Of a DNA stretch of 64,000 nucleotides, positions 11,436-23,444 are shown piece by piece. The translations under genes and the position numbers were made by a program. Under the pieces are notes generated by a model. That model saw only the letters and a list, made by a program, of their open reading frames with translations, did no database searches and was not told the origin of the DNA. The stretch is from Malacoraja senta. Its lineage: Eukaryota. Every line of letters starts with the position of its first letter. The first letter of the stretch is position 1. The stretch is taken from NCBI GenBank assembly GCA_038087875.1, contig CM075995.1, positions 9,550,001 to 9,614,000 of the forward strand. Reading direction: 5' to 3'.

Positions 11436-14242
11436 CACCATAATGTTTTATATACTTCAATGGAACGCCCGGAGTCTGATTGGAAATGGTCAAGAGTTAA
11501 AGAGATTTGTTGATGAATTTAAAGAAGCACCAGAATTAATATGTATCCAAGAGACATGGTTAAAGCCCTGTCTAGATTTTGTAATCCCAGGTTATGAATG
11601 TGTGCAATTAGATAGGTCTGATAGATCAGGTGGGGGTTGTGCAACTTTTGTTAAGACTGGGTTGCAGTATAGGAAAGTTGATATTAATTCTAATCTTGAG
11701 GTTTTGGCTGTGGAAGTTTGGAGCAGCCAGAATTCTATCATTGTGATAAATTATTATAACCCCTGTCAACCCTTGATATTGTCAGATTTTGATGAGATAA
11801 TGGAGAAGGTAAGGTGTCCTGTTATATGGATTGGAGATTTTAATGCGCATAATCCTTTATGGGGTAGTGATCACAGGGATAAAAATTGTGTTATTGTTGA
11901 AGAATTTCTAGACAAGTATGAGTTGGTATTGTTAAATGATGGAAGGCCGTCTAGGTATAATATTGTGAGAAACACCTGCAGCCACATAGATTTATCAATT
12001 GCTTCATCAAATTTAGCAAGAATTGTTGAATGGGATGTAATGGATAGATATACACTGGGTAGTGATCATTATCCAATTTTATGTAGGTTTGGTAGGGATT
12101 TGAGGAGAGAAGTGGAAAAGAAAGTCCCTAGATATAACTTTTATCAGGCCAAATGGGATAAATTCCAAGAGAAGGCTCAAAGTTTAGTTGGAGAGGTTAA
12201 TAGTGAGGGTTCTGTAGATAGTTGGAATACTTCCATTAGTCTCATGATTCATGAGGCAGCTTGTTGTACTATTCCTGTGAAGCAGGAACTTAGGTCCCGT
12301 ATGTCTGTTCCTTGGTGGAATAAAGAATGTGATGAAGCTGTAAGGAATAGGAATATGGCCTATCGAAAATTAAGAAAGTATCCAATTTTGGTCAATGCAA
12401 TGGAGTACAAGCGGCTAAGGGCAGTAGCAAGACGAGTTGTAAAGGATGCAAAGAGGAATAGTTGGAGGAAGTTTTGTGGTACGCTAGGCCCGGAAACTCC
12501 AGTAAGGCATTTGTGGTCAGCTGTGCATAGAATGTCAGGAGTATATAAAAGAAGTTTGTTACCAGTGTTGCAGAAGGGTGAGGTGGTAGCAGTCACCAAT
12601 AAGGAAAAAGCAGACATGTGTGTTGACAGTTTTCAAGCAGTGCATAGATCAGAGAGCATGGGAGTGGAGAGGTGTAGAAAGAGAACTGAGATGATGGCAG
12701 TTAATCAGTGGAAGCTGGAGAGGAGTTTAGTAAATGATAATACCTTTAATCTGTTTTTTACCATAAAAGAGTTGAAGGATGCAATTATGTCTGGGGCAAA
12801 TACCACCCCGGGGAGAGATAGGTTGTCGTATGAGTTATTTAAACATCTGGATGATATTGTACTTGATGAAATCTTAGCTTTGTTTAATACTGTGTGGGCA
12901 GAGGGTTATTTACCAAAGGAATGGAAACATGCAGTCGTGGTCCCTATTTTAAAACCGGGCAAAGAGGCATCTGACCCTAGTTCATATCGCCCTATAGCGC
13001 TCACAGCAGTGCTCTGTAAAATTATGGAGAGGATGGTAACCAACAGACTAGTTTATTTTTTAGAAACCAGAGGACTATTTGTTGATGTACAGAATGGCTT
13101 TAGGAATGGAAGGTCTACAATGGAGTCTGTATCAGTTTTGGATCAGGATATTAAAAGGACATTTAGAAGCAAGGAAACAGTAGTGAGTGTATTCCTTGAT
13201 ATTGAGAAGGCATATGATTCTTTGTGGAAGGAGGGATTAATGATTAAAATTTTTGACTTGGGAATCAGGGGACGAATGTTCAACTGGATTAAGGATTTTT
13301 TATTGAATAGAACAATACAAGTAATGGTTGGTAGTGTCAGATCAGAGACTGTAGAAATAGAGAATGGAACCCCGCAGGGAAGTGTTATCAGTCCAGTTTT
13401 ATTTAATATCATGATAAATGACATATTTTGTAAATTAGAGAGAGGATTTGGTCTGTCTTTGTTTGCAGATGACGGGGCCATCTGGAAAAGAGGTTGTAAT
13501 GTAGAGTTTGTTTTAAAACAGATTCAAAGAGTGTTAGTGTCTGTAGAGGAATGGGGGAACACATGGGGCTTTAAAATCTCTGCCTCTAAGACTAAATATA
13601 TGGTATTTGGTTTTAAAAGAAAGTTACCTAAGTTAGGGCTGTATATGTATGGGTCTCTATTGGAGAAGGTAAAGGTTTTTAAGTTTTTGGGTGTTTGGTT
13701 TGAAGAGCGTATGACTTGGGCTGTGCATGTAGGTAAAATTGTGTTGAAGTGTGAAAAAGTTCTGAATGTTATGAGAGGTCTGGTTGGGTGTGAGTGGGGG
13801 GGCCAACAGGGAGACAATGCTGCTAATTTATCAGGCCATGATCAGATCTTCTCTTGACTATGGGTGTTTTGTGTATGGGTCTGCGTCTAAAACTGTTCTG
13901 GCTAGGCTAGATGTGTTGCAGGCAAAGGCTTTGAGGCTTTGCTGTGGAGCCTTCAGGACTTCCCCAGTCCCTGCCCTGATGGTTGAAATGGGAGAAATGC
14001 CCTTATGGTTAAGGCGCATTAAGCTAGGGTTACATTACTGGGCTAAACCTTGTGGGTGTAATGATACCTTCCCAGCAAGGTGTTTGTTGCAAGAGGTTGA
14101 TGATGGTAACAAATATAACACATTTTTTGTCATTATAAATCAGCGGGCTAGGAAGCTGGGTTTGGAACAAGGGGGTATTATAGAGCATACAATAAGGCTA
14201 CCTGTGCCCTATTGGGTTCTTCCTGAACTGTTTATTGAGCTT

Positions 14243-15250
14243 AGATTAGATTAGATAGCCCTTTATTGTCATTCAGACCGAAGTCTGAACGAAATTGCAA
14301 CAGTCATACATAAAACAACAATAAACACACATTAACATCCACCACAGTGAGTCCACCCAACATCTCCTCACTGTGATGGAGGCAAAAGTCTTAGGTCTGC
14401 AGTCTCTTCCCTCCTCTGCACTGAGGCGATACCCTCCGGGCGATGTTTCCCGCGGCCCGGGGTGGTCGAAGCTGCCGCCCACCAGTCCTGCAGACGCAGC
14501 CGCTGGCCCGCGGCCGAACCCCGGACTCAGGCCACCACCGCCAGAACACCGTCCCAGCCACCCTCACGTGAGTACCGTGCCGTCTTCAGCCTCGGCCTGG
14601 GCTGCCCCGACATGGGCGTCGCTTCTCCCCCGGGCCGGGCCGCCCCGACATGGGCGTCGCTTCTCCCTCCGGCCGGGCTGCCCCGACATGGGCGTCGCTT
14701 CTCCCCCGGGCCGGGCCGCCCCGACTTGGGCGTCGCTTCTTCCCCCGGCCGGGCCGCCCTGACATGGGCGTCGCTTCTCCCTCTGGCCGGGCTGCCCCGA
14801 CATGGGCGTCGCTTCTTCCCCGGGCCAGGCCGCCCCGACTTGGGCGTCGCTTCTCCCTCTGGCCGGGCTGCCCCGACTTGGGCGCTGAACCTCCCCCGGG
14901 CCGGGCCGGCCCAACATGGGCGGTCACGGGAGCACTGTTCCAGCCCTGAGCCGGACCACCCTCACGGGAGTGAGCTCAGGGCGAGTCCTGACGGGCTCTG
15001 CCTCCGGAGCCTCGAGGTCATCAGCTCCATTAGGCCTCAGCGCAGACGGAGGCAGAGAAGGGGAATACGACAAAAAGTCGCATTCCCCCGCAGGGAGAGA
15101 CTGCAAACCCCGTTACAACCCCCCCCCCCCCCCCCCCAAAACACAAACTAAAAACCCAAAACTAGACTAACCAAAACGAAATAAACAACACAAAAAACAC
15201 AAACAAACAGGACTGCCGATGAGCCGCTGCAGCCAGTGCCGCGCCGCCAC
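14243..15250 (-). mobile_element. Non-autonomous retroposon (SINE-like) with GC-rich minisatellite core and (TCTAA)n tail
   Basis: TSD GAGCTT at 14237-14242 and 15251-15256; removing the insert restores FIEL-AFLQEK in the host ORF2. On the minus strand the 3' end reads TGACAATAAAGGGCTA(TCTAA)n. Confidence 0.85.
14595..14925. repeat. GC-rich 38-bp minisatellite, about 8-9 units
   Basis: The unit is approximately GGCCGGGCYGCCCCGACWTGGGCGTCGCTTCTCCCYCS, and CCCCGAC recurs at 14605, 14643, 14681 and 14719. Confidence 0.92.
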
Positions 15251-15666
15251 GAGCTTGCTTTTCTTCAGGAAAAAGATAAGCGCGAGGTGACTCCAAGAAT
15301 AGTGGAATATCTTAATTCAATCAGTGAGAGCACTTTGATTGTTTTTACAGATGGATCTAAAGATCCAGTTAGTGGGAGAGCTGGGTTTGGAGTGTATGTG
15401 GAGCAGCTTGGGTTGAAGATTGGCCGGCGCATTTCTGATGGAAGTTCTGTTCTCACGACTGAATTAATGGCAATTCAATGGGCTCTATGGTGGATTGAGG
15501 AAGCCAGTTTTAGGGAAGTCATTATCTGTTCTGATTCTGCAGCTGCTCTTGAAACTTTAAGAGTAGGGAAATCTAAAGCTCGTCCTGACATTCTAAATGA
15601 AATCTTGAGTGTGTTTTCTAGAATTGGGTTTGCGTGTAACATCACTTTTTGCTGGGTTCCCGGGCA

Positions 15667-16152
15667 CCAGACTGATTCCTGGGATGTCAGGACTCTCATA
15701 TGAAGAAAGACTGGATAGACTTGGCTTATACTCGCTAGAATTTAGGAGATTGAGAGGGGATCTTATAGAAACGTACAAGATTCTTATGGGGTTGGACAGG
15801 CTAGATGCAGGAAGATTGTTCCCGATGTTGGGGAAGTCCAGGACAAGGGGTCACAGCTTAAGGATAAGGGGAAAATCCTTTAAGACCGAGATGAGGAAAA
15901 ACTTTTTCACACAGAGAGTGGTGAATCTCTGGAACTCTCTGCCACAGAGGGTAGTTGAGGCCAGTTCATTGGCTATATTTAAGAGGGAATTAGATGTGGC
16001 CCTTGTGGCTAAAGGGATCAGGGGGTATGGAGAGAAGGCAGGTACGGGATACTGAGTTGGATGATCAGCCATGATCGTATTGAATGGCGGTGCAGGCTCG
16101 AAGGGCCGAATGGCCTACTCCTGCACCTAATTTCTATGTATCTATGTATCTA
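15667..16152 (+). mobile_element. 5'-truncated HER1/CR1 LINE inserted into the Nimb RNase H domain
   Basis: It encodes TRLIPGMSGLSYEERL...GEKAGTGY* and ends in a (TCTATGTA)n tail. It splits the host motif WVPGH|VGVRGNE. Confidence 0.92.
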
Positions 16153-16844
16153 TGTTGGGGTGAGGGGGAATGAGCAGGTGGACCTCATAGCAAAGGAGAG
16201 TTTAAGAAGAGAAATAGATATCCATGTATCATTGGGGAGAGTGGAACTGAGAGAAATAATTAAAGAGGGCTTAACAAAAGAATGGCAGAGAGGATGGGAA
16301 ATGGAAGTCAGGGGTAGACACTACTTTTCTATACAATCTGAAGTTAGAAAAATATGTTTCTGTACATCTCTGTCCCGTAGGGACTCAGTTAAACTGTGTA
16401 GATTGAGGTTGGGACACTGTGGGTTAAATTACTATTTGTGCATTGTAGGGAAACATGTTTCTGGCTTGTGTGAATGTGGGAGTAATGAGACAGTTAAGCA
16501 TGTTTTCCTAGAATGTAAAAAGTATAGGGTAGAAAGAAAAGTATTGTTTGTTAGACTGACAGGACTTGGAGTTGAGGCTTTTTCTGTTTTATCTTTGTTT
16601 GGACACAATGAGAAACATCAACTGATATCCAGGGCTGTTCTTCAATTCCTGTAAGTTACAGAACTGTATGTAAGAATTTAGTTCAAACTTTGACCTGTGG
16701 AGGGCAGTAATAAGCTTAGCAGCGTCTACACTGCCGGAATCCTACAAGAAGAAGAAGTAGAAGAAGACTCACCTTCTTTCTCACGGACTTTCAAGTTAAT
16801 AGTCTCTTCTCTCTGCTTCTGTTTGCTGCTTCTCCGAACTCCAG

Positions 16845-18035
16845 GTAAGGACTAGAAAATCTTTTGGGATTGTCCTTAATGCTACCCACTTAATGCTATC
16901 TCCTGGATTCTTTTTGCCCTTCTGATCTTTTTCAGTTTACTCCTTAGTTCCTGAAACCCCTCCAAGGATGCGCTTGATACCAGCTACCTACACCTGTGCC
17001 ATGCATTCTTCTTGTTTTTGACCAATGCCTCCATTTCCCTCGTCAGTCAAGGTAACTTACGTTTGACTGCTTTGCCTTTCACTCTAACGGGGATGAACGT
17101 ATCCTGAGCTTTTGTCAGCACACTTTAAAAAACATCCCATTTGGCTGATATTCCTTCCCCCTCAAATAACCTGCTCCAGTTATCTTGAGCGAGACCTGTT
17201 CTCATACCCTCAAAGTTGGCCTTACCCCAGTTGAGCATTTTAACACGTGAGCCCTCTCTGTCCCTATCCATAACTATCTTAAACCTAATCGAACTGTGGT
17301 CACTAATCCTAAAAGGCTAGTCCACAAACACTTCCTAATTAACTTGCCCTTCCCGAGGTGCCAATATTAGATCATTACTCTCACATGTGCTGCTTGAGAA
17401 AACTCTCCTGAACACTTTTGAGGAATTGCACCCTGTTTAAACCCTTCTCACTGTGATTTTCCCAGTCAATATTGGGAAAGTTAAAATCCCCTACTACAAC
17501 AACATAATTTGATTAGCAGCTGTTGGCAATTTCCTGGCATATTTGTTCTTCTAATTCCAGTTGACTATTTGGGGGTCTGTAGTACACCCCCAACAAAGTA
17601 ATCATCCCTTTCTTGATCCTCAGCTCCACCCATCTAGCCTCACTAGATGAACCCGTCCGTAATATCACGTCTGACCACTGTGGAGACATCCTCCTTAACC
17701 AACAATGCAACTCCCCCCTCTTGTTCCCTCACCCCTGACTCTCCTGAAGCTCCTATATTGAGCTGCCAGTCCTGCCACTCCCATAACCAGGTGTCAGTCA
17801 TGGCGACAATGTCCCAGTCGCTCATACCTACCCATGCACTAATCACATCTGTCAGGCCCCTTGCATTCAAATACATGCAGGTTAAACCATCCAACCTTCC
17901 TTGCTCTCTGCCTTTCACCTGCCTATTTTCTCCACTAACCTTACCCTCACCACTCTCCTTACTAACTTCTAACCTCTCACATGCCTCAGTCCTGTATGAG
18001 ATCCCACCCTCCTGCCAATCTAGTTTAAACCATCC
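16845..18035 (-). mobile_element. Old CR1 fragment (APE region)
   Basis: Pieces reading LNARGL, DIVAMTDTW, GGVALLV and GVYYRPPN. Confidence 0.8.
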
Positions 18036-18235
18036 TGTATTGTATATTGTGGCACTCATGAGACTACACCTGGAATATTGTGTGCATTTCTGGTCACCAT
18101 ACTATCGGAAGGATGTGACTGGTAAAACTAGAGAGGGTGCAGAGAATATTCAGAAGTTGGTTGCAGGATTGGTGGACTTGAATTATCAGAAGAGACTGGA
18201 TAGATGGTTTTCCCTGGGGCGGAGACAAAGCGATC

Positions 18236-18935
18236 AGGTTTAGGTTTATCTTTGTCATTGTCATGTGTACCGAGCTGCAGTGGAAAACGTTGTTTTTTTA
18301 TGTTGTGCAATAATTTCAGATAAATACAATCAAGCTAAACGGAAGTATAAATGGAAGAGCAAAGAGGAAGATACAGAGTGCAGAATATAGTTCTCAGCAT
18401 TGTAGTGCATCAGTTCCATTGACAAAGTCCAATGTATCCAATGGGGATAGGCAAATTAGACAATATCTTAACTTATGGAAGAACCGTTCTGAAGCCTGAT
18501 AACAGAGGGTAAATAACTGTTCCTGTGTCTGGTGCTGCGCTCTCTCAAGCTTCTGCATCTTTTTTCCACAAGAGCAGGGAGACGAAGGAGTGACCGATGT
18601 GCGACGTCATTGATCATGTTGGTACTGTCTAAGGCAGCATGAAATGTACATGGAGGCAATGGTGGGAAGTCTGGTCTATGTGATGGGTTGTGCTACATCT
18701 AAAACACGCTGCAATTTAATGTGGTTTTGGGCAGAGTAGTTCTCTGATCAAGCTTTAATGCATCCTGATGGAATGTTCTCTTTGTCATTCGAGACATGTA
18801 GAATTTCCTCAATCTCCTAAAGAAGCAGTTTGTGCCTTCTTGGCTGTCACATCAATAAGGTTAGTCCAAGATAAATTGTCGGTGACATTAATGTCAGAAT
18901 CGTGAAGCTCGCAATCATTTCCACTTCAGCATCTT
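18236..18935 (-). mobile_element. Rex1/Babar-like LINE 3' fragment
   Basis: C-terminus KRCRSLRERSTRHRNSYLPSVIRLQ and a TGACAATGACAAAGATAAAC-type 3' end. Confidence 0.7.
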
Positions 18936-19013
18936 GATGCTGATTGTGGCGTGTATTCCACAATGCTTTCTTATTTCAGTTGCTGAGGAACATATAGATT
19001 ATCCTATAACATA

Positions 19014-19117
19014 TGGTCTGAAGAAGGGGTTCGGCCCGAAATGTTGCCTATTTCCTTCGCTCCATAGATGCTGCCTGTGCCCGCTGAGTTTCTCCAACAT
19101 TTATGTCTACCTTTGAT
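19014..19117 (+). ncRNA. Penelope-type terminal repeat with a minimal hammerhead-ribozyme-like core; the rest resumes after the DIRS at 25086-25112
   Basis: GGT-CTGAAGA-AGGG gttcgg CCC-GAAA-TGTT-GCC at 19015-19048. It continues TTCCAGCATCTGCAGTTCC after the DIRS. The direct repeat AACATATAGATTATCC flanks it at 18989-19004 and 25113-25128. Confidence 0.65.
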
Positions 19118-20529
19118 TTTACTTCGGAGTCACGTGAGTGACTACGTGAAGAAGCCCGTCCAGCCGCACGTGCGTCATTACGTCAGACGCATTAGTGCAG
19201 GCGGTCGGTTGGAGCAGCAGAGCTCCTCCAGCGGGTAAGTTTAAAATGCCTCTAAGTAAGTGAAAACTTAGTCTTGAGGTCGCTTTCTGAGTCGGTGGTT
19301 GTTTGTGGTCGACTATGCAGAAAGCAAGCAAGGTGAAGGCGAGGCAACCCATGGCGAAAAGTGTAGAGGACCGCGGGAGTGTGGTTACCGAGGGCCCGCC
19401 TAGTTCACTAGCTTTGTCGTAAGCAGAGCTTGCAACTGCAGACTCGTTGCATGGGAGCAGTGTTGCCGTGCTGGTAGGGCGTAAGACCACATTTAAGTCT
19501 GCCAGGCCTATAGACCCAGAGTCGGGCAGGAGGTTTTACCTCCAGAAGAGTCCGTTTCCTCGCGGCTCTCACAATTAGAGCTCCTAATGGAGAGGTGGCT
19601 CGAGAAAGACTCACTCCGGGAGGAGGAGTGAAGTTCTCGCCAGGCTATTGGAGAGCCTGTGCCAGCAGTGCCAGAAATAGGACTGCATAATCGCCCCTTC
19701 ATGGAAGAAGAGGGTGTGCCGGGTCAGAATTATACTGATACTAAGGAAATGGCTGAACATTGCCCAATGGGTGAAGGGCAAAAGGTCTTTGTACTTAATT
19801 TGGCTGCTAAATTTGCAGTCCCCAGAGAAGCAGGCTATGGCAATTAATTATATGCTCTGCCATCAGCTCCAGGAGCTGATTATGGATGATACTGCTAAGA
19901 AATATATGAAACCCCAGTTAACTGTGGGTTTTTGAAAGTGCCGATGGTCAATCAGGTTATATGGGGCCAAATAGTGGTTGCAGTGAGAGCACAAGAATTG
20001 AAGCTCCAGAGGGTGCTCAATTTGTTAGCTACAGGTATCACTGCGTTCGCCAGAACGGTGGAAGAGGGGCAATTGACTGAGGTTCATCAGGACGCTCTGG
20101 GGCTTTTGTGCAGTGCACATTTTGAAATGAACAGCCTTAGAAAGAGTGCCATATGCCCCGCCATTCACCCAAAATTTGCAGAACTCTGCAAACCAAATAA
20201 TGTGCAGTTACCAAATCTATTGTTTGGGGAGGACCTCGCAAAGCGAGTCAAAGAACTGCATGAAGAGGCAAAAACTATGGGCCTCATTAAAGTGCCAACA
20301 ACCAGCAGGATGGGCAAAAGGTTTTTCCCTTATCGACGGGGTGCTGTCACAGGGACTGCCGAAGGGACCAGTCGTTCATTTGCGAACACAAGAATCTGGT
20401 ATCCTGCCACAGGCACAAAGGCTAAGGTGAATTTCCCTACGAGGGGCCGGGGGCAACAAGCTCATTCAGGAAATGTGCAGGTAAGAGACTTTGCTCCTGA
20501 AGGAAATAAATTAAGTGGGAAAGATGTTC

Positions 20530-22430
20530 AAATAGGTGGCAGGTTACACCTGTTTCTTAAAGAATGGCAGGAGATAACATCAGATCCATTTGTTTTGGGC
20601 AGTATAGAGGGGTTTCTAATTGAATTTTACCCTACTGTGTGTCAGCCTACTCAGCATGTCCCACGTCCGAAACTTGTGTTTTCACAAGAAGAGAATATAC
20701 AGATACAGGCAGAGCTTGAGATATTGTGCAAAAAAGGGGTTATTGAGAAGTCGGTTCGTCAATCCCATCAGTTTGTGTCAAGTATTTTTCCTAGGTCTAA
20801 AAAGCATGGGGGTTGTAGAATCATTCTGGACCTGACGAGCCTGAACCCTTTTGTGCAGTATAGACATTTTAAGATGGAAACTTTTTCTACTGCTAAACAA
20901 CTGGTTTCCAAAGGGTGTTTTATGGCAAGCATAGATCTCAAGGATGCTTTTTACTCAGTGTCTGTTCATTGTGATGATAGGTGATATTTGAAATTTTTCT
21001 GGATGAGGCAATTGTGGCAATTCAAAGCACTGACTAATGGGTTAACCTCAGCTCCGAGATTGTTTACCAAATTGTTGAAACCAATTATTGGCTTACTCCG
21101 AACTCAGGGTCATGTGATAATGGCTTATTTGGATGATATTTTTATTGTAGGGAACTCTCGGGAGGGAGCTGAATCATCTGTATCAAGTGTTAAACTCACT
21201 TTTGAGCAGTTGGGGTTCATTATCCATTCAGGTAAATCCAAATTAACACCAGTTAAAGTTATTGATTACTTGGGCTTCACCATTCACTCAGATCACATGT
21301 TAGTGACTTTGCCGATTGATAAGAGGCAGCAGTTAATTGAAGAATATGTTGAAGTTGGCTTGTTGAAGAACAATTACCTTCAATTAGACAGGTGGCAAAG
21401 TTGATTGGCAAGCTGGTGGCTGGTTTTCCAGCAGTGCAGTTTGGGCCTCTGCATTATCAAGAATTACAGCGAGCAAAAGAACAAGCAATGAGAGCACATG
21501 CAGGCCATTTTGACAGGCCTATGAAGTTGCCAACAGAAGCCATTTCTGAGATACAATGGTGGATTATGAATGTTGCAACTAGCTCCAGGAAGATTTTGGT
21601 TGACCCACCTTCTATAGTTTTACAGACTGATGTCAGTGGCCTAGGTTGGGGTGTTACTGATATGGGTTCCAGCTGTGGAGGCAGATGGAATTGTGATGAG
21701 GCATCCATTCTACAATTACAAGGGATCAATTATTTAGAGCTTCTTGGAACATTTTATGGGCTTAAAGCTTATTGTTTTACCAAACGTCAAGTGCATGTGC
21801 AGGTTCAAATTGATAACACTACAGCAGTAGCATATCTGAATCATATGGGTGGAGTCAAGATGAAACCTTGTGATAGGTTGGCTAATCAGATCTGGAGTTG
21901 GTGTATTGACAGAAATATTTGGATTTCAGCAATCCATTTACCTGGTAGATTCAACATAGTCGCAGACACAAGGTCACGACAATATAGAATGGATGTTGAA
22001 TCATGACATATTTGAAAATGTTGCTCGTTTTGGGATACCAGATATCAATTTGTTTGCATCCAGACTTAACCATCAGTTGCCTAAATATGTTTCATGGGAA
22101 CCAGATCCTGGGGCAGCAGCAGTTGATGCGTTCTCGCTGCACTGGGGTGGAATGTTTACATTTTCTGACGAGACAGAATGGAGGAAATATATATATATTT
22201 CCTCCATTCTGTCTCATCAGTCGATGCCTGCAAAAGATCAACAGGACTCCACTTCAGGAATATTGGTGGTACCTGACTGGCCTACTCAGCCAAGGTATGC
22301 TCATGTTTTGGAGATGGCTACTGAGCCTCACATGATTGTTCCCAAAAACAAAAACCTACTGGTGAATCCTGTAACTGGAGATCAGCATCCTTTACATAAT
22401 CGTATTGATCTGTTATTTTTGAAGATTCTA
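20530..22430 (+). pseudogene. DIRS RT / RNase H / methyltransferase-like region
   Basis: RT: GGRLHLF, RIILDL, IDLKDAF, NGLTSAPRLF, YLDD. RNase H: TDVSGLGWG, INYLEL, DNTTAVAY. MT-like: NLFASRLN...VDAF. Confidence 0.9.
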
Positions 22431-23402
22431 AGGAGTCCATACCTGGGGAGAGGACTATCCGAGCGCACCGTGGATGTTATCACTGCGGCCTGGAGGGATA
22501 GTACCCAAAAGCAGTACATCTCTGCGATAAGAAAGTGGGAGGTGTTCTGTTTACAGCAGAATATTTCATATCAAAAATGCATGCATCCCAGATGTGCTAG
22601 AGTTTTTTGTCAACTCTCTATTTCGATCAAAGGTTAAGCTATAGTGCTATCAACACAGCCAGAAGTGCTCTGTCTTCATATTAACCCATGATGTCAGAAT
22701 TACATGCAGTGGGGACACATCCGTTAGTCTCTAGATTCATGAAGGGAGTTTTAATTCCAATCCTCCTAAGCCCAGGTATTCGGTTATCTGGAATGTGAGC
22801 GAAGTTCTAATGCTGCTTCGCCAGTGGGCTCCTGTCACAGTCCTATCTCTAGCCAAACTCACCATGAAGGTGGTCATGCTTATGGCGTTGGTATCAGCCC
22901 AACGTGTGCAGACATTACAGATGCTGTGTCTAGACAGCATGGAGGTATCAAAAGATGCCATCTTTTTTATGTTTATGATCTGCTCAAGCAGAGTAGAATA
23001 GGGGCGACAGGATGTAAAATTATCTTTTCGGCATACCCCAAGGATTCCCGCCTGTGTGTAGTGTCATGTTTGTCCCATTACATTGAGATTACCAGAACTT
23101 TAAGGGGAACAGAGTCAACATTGTTCATTAGTCACAAAAAAACGCACAATAAGGTGTTGGTGCAAACTATCTCAAGGTGGCTAAAGCAGGTTCTGGTAAG
23201 CGCTGGGATTGACACTGATAATTTTAAATCACATTCCACCAGGGCGGCAGCAACTTCAGCGGTCAGGGCGATGGACGTTCCTATAGACCATATCTTTGCG
23301 GCCGCAGGATGGTCCAGTGAACTAATGTTCCAAAGGTTTTATCATAAGCCAATTACAAGGCTGGGGGGTTTTGCTGATTCTGTTTTAAGTTCAGTTATAT
23401 AG
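22420..23402 (+). pseudogene. DIRS tyrosine recombinase, frameshifted
   Basis: Catalytic-motif pattern SAQRV (R), HSTR, AAGW and FQRFY. Confidence 0.9.
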
Positions 23403-23444
23403 TTTCCCCTGGTATGGAGGGGTTACTATTGTTTTGTTTGTAAA

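Larger units (their letters stand above)
11443..16654 (+). pseudogene. Nimb/I-type ORF2 (APE-RT-RNase H-ZnF), frameshifted at a G-run (~13800) and interrupted twice
   Basis: APE: LQWNARS, IQETW, GDFN, SDHYP. RT: GTPQGS, FADD. RNase H: FTDGSKD, TELMAI, SDS, WVPGH|VGVRGNE. C-terminal finger: CECG...HVFLEC. Confidence 0.9.
10092..16765 (+). mobile_element. Full-length I-group (Nimb-like) non-LTR retrotransposon with two nested insertions
   Basis: ORF1 has three CCHC knuckles, and ORF2 has APE, RT, RNase H and a C-terminal zinc finger. The (GAA)n tail lies at 16746-16765. A 13-bp TSD GACTC[G/A]CCTTCTT flanks it at 10079-10091 and 16766-16778. Confidence 0.92.

Noticed and set aside
14373..15170. 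Overlapping Pro/Arg/Gly-rich ORFs on both strands
   Set aside because: They arise from the GC-rich 38-bp minisatellite inside a TSD-flanked insertion.
19932..23402. RT + RNase H + methylase + integrase read as a prokaryotic retron, prophage or defence system
   Set aside because: The domain order and the terminal/ICR structure are those of eukaryotic DIRS1-like retrotransposons.
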